A program made the translations under genes and the position numbers. The notes beneath the pieces are model-generated. The model was not told the origin of the DNA. It saw only the letters and a list, made by a program, of their open reading frames with translations, and did no database searches. Shown one piece after another: positions 59,499 through 64,000 of a DNA stretch of 64,000 nucleotides. How positions within the stretch are numbered: the stretch's first letter is position 1; each line of letters begins with the position of its first letter. The stretch is from Phycisphaerae bacterium. GTDB lineage: Bacteria; Planctomycetota; Phycisphaerae; UBA1845; Fen-1342. The stretch covers positions 1 to 64,000 of the forward strand of contig CAXXWX010000028.1 of assembly GCA_963675745.2 (NCBI GenBank), in the 5' to 3' direction.

Positions 59499-59640
59499 GT
59501 ACACGTGGTTCGCAGTTGCGGGCCATGTTGGGTCGCGAAGCGCTGCTGTCAGGCGTTTTGCGGATCTTAGTGAACCAGCGCCACGGCCGCAGTTTTTTGC
59601 CTTGAAAGGTCGGGCGCGATGCTAGTGAGAATTATTAGTC

Positions 59641-60144
59641 ATGCGTAACGTGTATGCGGCATTAATGGCCATCAGTGTCGTCGCAGTCGCGTCGGGCGAA
59701 ATGAGCGATATTCGCCTGCGTGTCGCGCCGGACGCCGGCCTGGTCGCGGTTCGGGTTGAAGCGTCAGTGACGCCGACCCCCATCCTTTATGCCGGTAAGC
59801 TGGACGCGCCGTTGGCGTCTGACCGGTATGATTGGCGAACCGGCGGCACAGATCGGAATACCGGCTTCGGCACCGCGACCGGCGACCAAGCCGGGCGTTT
59901 CGCGAGGGATAGAAGCAGGTGGCTACCTGCGAATCTGACGGCGGCTTCCAGCAGCGCAATCGACGGCGCATCAGACGGTGCCAATTCGGCAGCGGGGTAT
60001 GCGTTTGGAAACACAGTGGGTAGTCAGATGCGACCGGCGAGCGGAATCGCTTTGCCGGTGCGATCAGTGCCGGTGCCGGGCGCATCCCTACTCGGTGTGA
60101 TTGGTCTCGGTTTGGTTTTGCGTTTGCGACGCCCAATCGGATGA
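59641..60144 (+). CDS. PEP-CTERM-like exosortase substrate
   Basis: Signal peptide; C-terminal VPVPGASLLGVIGLGLVLRLRR. Confidence 0.8.
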   Translation: MRNVYAALMAISVVAVASGEMSDIRLRVAPDAGLVAVRVEASVTPTPILYAGKLDAPLASDRYDWRTGGTDRNTGFGTATGDQAGRFARDRSRWLPANLTAASSSAIDGASDGANSAAGYAFGNTVGSQMRPASGIALPVRSVPVPGASLLGVIGLGLVLRLRRPIG

Positions 60145-60209
60145 TCTGGAGCAATCTGAAGCAATTTTCCCCGCCGCGATAGTCGGCGGGTTTCAAGGAG
60201 TTAACGACG

Positions 60210-60902
60210 ATGAGAACTTTCGGAATAGCAGCGGTCGTGATCGCAGCGGCGATGTTCGGTTCGACGGCGATGGGCGATCTTGCGTCAATTACCTTCGACC
60301 TCATGGATGCCGATTACAATGGCGCCGGCGCTTTCACGCTCAATGCTGAGCAAGATACGTACGGCGAAGTATCGCGCATCGTGCCTGTGGCCGGACAGGC
60401 GAAGTACGACAACGACGTAGCCAACGGCTATGTCGGCAGTTGGTTCAACCTTGGCACGTCGGCCGGCGTGGCGGTGAGCATGAGCATCTCCAACATCACG
60501 GCAGCCACTGCGGATGGCAGTGGCTCGTTCACCGTGATTGACGCCGACGGAGACACGATCACCGGTAATTTCAGCGGTACGTGGCTGAACCTCGGCGGAG
60601 CCGCAGCATTTGCCGGCAACGCCAGCAGCGTGTTCTTCAACGACATTACCGCGGCGGATACGACGTTTGACGGCCCCAGCGGCGGCAATTTCAGCACGAA
60701 TTTCGCGGCCGCTCAGCCGTTTGGCGGTTGGGTCATCGACCTCACCACCAGCGGTTGGTTCGTTGATGCCGGCGGTGCCGCGCGGCCGTATTCCAATATG
60801 AATACGCACTTTGACGTACGGGTCATCCCGCTGCCGGGTGCGGCACTGCTGGGCATGATCGGTTTTGGCGCTGTATCGTGGGTGCGTCGTCGGTTGGCGT
60901 AG
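60210..60902 (+). CDS. PEP-CTERM-like exosortase substrate
   Basis: AAGGAG RBS; signal peptide; C-terminal IPLPGAALLGMIGFGAVSWVRRRLA. Confidence 0.9.
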   Translation: MRTFGIAAVVIAAAMFGSTAMGDLASITFDLMDADYNGAGAFTLNAEQDTYGEVSRIVPVAGQAKYDNDVANGYVGSWFNLGTSAGVAVSMSISNITAATADGSGSFTVIDADGDTITGNFSGTWLNLGGAAAFAGNASSVFFNDITAADTTFDGPSGGNFSTNFAAAQPFGGWVIDLTTSGWFVDAGGAARPYSNMNTHFDVRVIPLPGAALLGMIGFGAVSWVRRRLA

Positions 60903-60938
60903 CTGACTGACACCCTCGTATTGCTGTACTGCCTTTTA

Positions 60939-60983
60939 AACCCGCCGTCGGGCAAACATGATTCCCGGCGGCGGGTTCTTTGT
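60939..60983 (+). terminator. Intrinsic terminator after the PEP-CTERM genes
   Basis: AACCCGCCGTCGGG / CCCGGCGGCGGGTT 14-bp stem followed by CTTTGT. Confidence 0.7.
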
Positions 60984-61255
60984 GCGCCTGCCGCCGTGCC
61001 GCGGCACGGCGGAATCCGAAAGCCACGCACCTGGCACGCCGGACCTTTGGCCGGCAATTCGCGCTTCCTGACCAATCGGATCTGACATTACCGCAATAGA
61101 GGAATAACCCAACGGGCGCGCCCACGCGGCCGGAGCATCCGGTTGCCAAGGTCAGACATCGCCGGATAACATGACACGTTGTTGTTTCTTTCGCGCACGT
61201 CGGGTGAACACACGCAGGCGGCCGAGCTGCCTCGGTACCAGATAGGGATCAACTC

Positions 61256-64000
61256 ATGAACACGGCGATTCGATCCGGCCGGGTGAATATCAGGCTGGTT
61301 GTCATTCTCGTGGGCATCCTCGCGGTGATAGGCGTGGCCGGCTTCATCGCACACCGGGTTCGCAAGCAGGCAATTGCAAGTGACGCCCTGACCAACGGGC
61401 GCGCGGCGATTGCGGCCGAAGACTGGGCGCTGGCCACCAAGGAACTCCTCAGGTACTTGTCGAAGTTTCCCGACGACGAAAGCCACAATGGCGCGGTCTT
61501 GAAGGAGTATGCCGAAGCACATATGGCGGTACGCCCGCTGGATCCGACCAATGTCGGTGCCGCGATTGGTGCATATCGGCGGATTATCCGGGTGTACCCG
61601 GATCCTGAACATGTTACTCCGTCATTGCGTGAGCTGACGCGGCTGTATGAGTACATCGGAGACATGGCGGAGCTGGCGTACACGGCGCGCCGGTGGAAGC
61701 AGTTGGACGAGAGCAGTGCGGCGGCACGCCTGGTGCTCTGCCAGGCACTGGTCGCGCAACGGAAGTACGACGATGCTCTCCCCGAACTTCATGAGCTGAT
61801 CTCCATGCTCGAGGACGACCCGCAGCATCCGACGGAGTACGTGGACGCCTGTTTGCTCGTCGCCGCGATAGCGGCCGAGGCCGACCTCGATATATCGCGT
61901 GCCGACACGCTGGTCTGGATCAACCGCGCGCTCGACTATGCGCCGAGCTCGGCACGTGCGCTAATGACTCGGGCACGCTATTGGCTGGCACCGGTGGATG
62001 GCGTGGAGCCGTCGTTGATCGCGGCACGTGCTGATCTGGAGAGCGCCAGTGAGCTGGAGTCGCTGGAGCCGGCGGCACTGGTTGCGCTATGCCAGCTCTG
62101 GACCGATCTCGGTGAGTTTGAGCGTGCCGACGCGATTCTGGCGCGGATCCGCGCAGTGTCACCGGAGACGGTCGCAGCGAGTTTCATTGATCCGGACGTG
62201 TGGGCGCCAACGTGTTTTAATGTGGCGGCGCGTCTGGCCAGATCGCGCGGGGACACGGCAGCCGCGCTCCAGTTGGCCGACAGCGCACTAGCGCCAACCG
62301 AGCCGGACGCCGCGAAAATAGTCCATGCGCGATACCGTTTGATGGCACTGCCGCGCGCGACCGAGGTATATACGACTGCGGGCGATCTGGAAAAGGGCCG
62401 CCTGTGTCTGAATGAATATCTTGCATTAACCGCCGGCCGTGATCTCACGCCGGCCACCGAAGACGCCCTAGCGGTCTTGCAGGCGCGCGTTGCGCGCGCG
62501 GAAGGTGACTGGCGCGCGGTGATTGAGCTGCTGCGTCCGGTCGCCACGCGCGCTCCCGACAACGTCGATGCCTGGTTGCTGCTATCGGAGGCGTATGCGA
62601 GCACGAACCAGCATGGACGCGCGATTGAGGCGTTGCGCACCTATCTGGATGCGCGTCCGACCGACCGCAACATGACGTACAACCTGGCCGAGTCGTTTTT
62701 CAGGCAACGGTTGTTCGCCGAAGCTGAGCTCAACGCGCGGCGTGCCGAGGCGCTGGGAATCGCCGACAAGATAGCCACGCAGCTTGGCATGTGGGGGGCG
62801 CCGCCGCGGCTGCGAATAACGGCGAGCCTGTTGGATCATGATGATCCGGCCGTGGCGCTGACGGACGCCGGCGTCGCATCGTCACCTGAGGAAGGCGCCG
62901 ACCTGTTGCGGATTGTGCCGCCAATCGACATTGATTGCCGCCTGCTGCAACTCGAGTCGCGGTTGGAGTTGGCGCTGCAGCGCAACGACGTTGAGGCCAT
63001 CGCCGCGCTCAGGGGTGAATTGCGTGACCTGCGCGACCAATACCCGGAGCAGGTCGACATCAGCTTGATGCTGGCGCGTCTGCTGACGCGTGACCTGAGA
63101 CAGCAGCCGGATCAGACCGAACTGGTTGCGACCATTGAGCGGAATCTCCAGCAGGCGATCGCCACCGCGGATGACGACTTGCCGGCGCGGCTTGCCCTGG
63201 CGCGTTTCTATTCCGAACCGCGTTCGGGCGAATCCGAGCAAGATGCACAGGCGCGCCGTGAGAAAGCGCTGGCCACGATGAACGACGCGTGCGCGGCGCA
63301 CCCGGAAAGCACCAACGCCTGGCTGGTGTTGGCTCAGCTCGAGGCTGACATGGTCGACGATGATGCGGCCAAACTCGCCGCCGTCAGGCGTGTTTTGCAG
63401 CCGAGGGTGGAAGCCACTCAATCAGCGACGGACAAGAGTCGCCTGGAAATCGAGCTGGCGGCATTCGAGATCGGTTTTGGTGACACGGAGGCGGGCATTC
63501 TCAGGCTAAAACAGCTTGCCGATGCCGACCCGCTCGAACTGACGGCCCGCTCGCTGCTACTGGAGATCGAGGCGGTCCGCTCGGCAGCCGTAGCAGCGCT
63601 GCCCGAGGGCTATGCCCAGCGCCTGGTCGACGAAATCCAAGCGATAGAAGGCGATAGCGGAGTTCTCTGGCGTTATCACCAGGTCGCGGTTTGGATGGCC
63701 AACGAGGGGTGGTCTGAACATTCACACGATATCGAGAGTCTGCTGTCTTACTGCATGCAGGTCGACGGAGCCTGGGAGGCACCGGTTGTTTTGCTCGGCG
63801 AATACTACGAGCGCAGCAACGAGGAGGACCGGGCCATCGACCTGTACCGCCGCGCGCTACGCAAAAACCCGGGGGCGGCAGTGCTGGCGGATCGTCTGCT
63901 GGTGCTGCTGGAGCGCCTGGGGCGTTATCCCGAAGCTCAGGAGATTCTCGAGCAGATTCGGCTGCGCGCCGGCGCCGCTGACGCGGCTGAGATCCTCGAT
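61256..64000 (+). CDS. Large membrane-anchored TPR protein, partial (continues beyond window)
   Basis: Not in the ORF track because no stop falls in the window. MNTAIRSGRVNIRLVVILVGILAVIGVAGFIAHRVRK then TPR-like helices (YLSKFPDD, APDNVDAWLLLSEAY, AIDLYRRALRKNPG); frame spot-checked to the end. Confidence 0.85.
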   Translation, partial: MNTAIRSGRVNIRLVVILVGILAVIGVAGFIAHRVRKQAIASDALTNGRAAIAAEDWALATKELLRYLSKFPDDESHNGAVLKEYAEAHMAVRPLDPTNVGAAIGAYRRIIRVYPDPEHVTPSLRELTRLYEYIGDMAELAYTARRWKQLDESSAAARLVLCQALVAQRKYDDALPELHELISMLEDDPQHPTEYVDACLLVAAIAAEADLDISRADTLVWINRALDYAPSSARALMTRARYWLAPVDGVEPSLIAARADLESASELESLEPAALVALCQLWTDLGEFERADAILARIRAVSPETVAASFIDPDVWAPTCFNVAARLARSRGDTAAALQLADSALAPTEPDAAKIVHARYRLMALPRATEVYTTAGDLEKGRLCLNEYLALTAGRDLTPATEDALAVLQARVARAEGDWRAVIELLRPVATRAPDNVDAWLLLSEAYASTNQHGRAIEALRTYLDARPTDRNMTYNLAESFFRQRLFAEAELNARRAEALGIADKIATQLGMWGAPPRLRITASLLDHDDPAVALTDAGVASSPEEGADLLRIVPPIDIDCRLLQLESRLELALQRNDVEAIAALRGELRDLRDQYPEQVDISLMLARLLTRDLRQQPDQTELVATIERNLQQAIATADDDLPARLALARFYSEPRSGESEQDAQARREKALATMNDACAAHPESTNAWLVLAQLEADMVDDDAAKLAAVRRVLQPRVEATQSATDKSRLEIELAAFEIGFGDTEAGILRLKQLADADPLELTARSLLLEIEAVRSAAVAALPEGYAQRLVDEIQAIEGDSGVLWRYHQVAVWMANEGWSEHSHDIESLLSYCMQVDGAWEAPVVLLGEYYERSNEEDRAIDLYRRALRKNPGAAVLADRLLVLLERLGRYPEAQEILEQIRLRAGAADAAEILD

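Noticed and set aside
60941..60977. c-di-GMP riboswitch suggested by GGCAAAC
   Set aside because: It lies in a simple hairpin after a stop codon with no second stem; a terminator explains it.
1..64000. tRNA, rRNA, prophage or defence-system genes
   Set aside because: None recognised by eye; a covariance-model scan was not possible.

Overview
GC-rich bacterial DNA, most consistent with a Planctomycetota/Phycisphaerae genome. This is inferred from dockerin-like C-termini, DCNxNG repeats, DPN motifs and the RHS style. Order of content: (1) 1-6 kb accessory zone with a frameshifted lipoprotein, an RHS-core remnant cut off by a REP-associated/IS200-like HUH transposase (inverted end motifs, 193-bp duplication), an aminopeptidase lipoprotein, GTAG-type REP repeats and a Cys-rich secreted protein. 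(2) 6.3-20.9 kb, an apparently single redox operon behind a Rex/CRP-like palindrome: maturation protease, hdrC, hdrB, hdrA N-half, [DRTGG, anti-sigma kinase, group D-like [FeFe]-hydrogenase, DRTGG, PHP, HATPase, hydC, hydD, hydB], a HydA/NuoG-N::hdrA C-half fusion, mvhD, mvhG, mvhA. An [FeFe]-hydrogenase-type cassette sits inside a split hdrA, predicting a hybrid Hdr-Mvh-HydBCD complex. (3) 21-28 kb: DPN-rich dockerin protein, MsrB-MsrA lipoprotein, PAS protein, metallophosphoesterase/beta-propeller, PEP-CTERM-like protein. (4) 28.9-53.2 kb: Wzx/Wzy exopolysaccharide cluster with sulfotransferase, methyltransferases, acyl-CoA ligase and ATP-grasp genes. (5) 53-64 kb: large repeat/beta-helix lipoprotein, EpsI + exosortase, a PEP-CTERM-like protein with a tail ending in an RGPP (candidate ribosome-arrest) motif, two PEP-CTERM-like proteins and a large TPR gene running off the end. 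Top leads are the split-HdrA/Hyd/Mvh hybrid and the candidate exosortase-monitoring arrest peptide. All calls are by-eye motif recognition; no searches were run.
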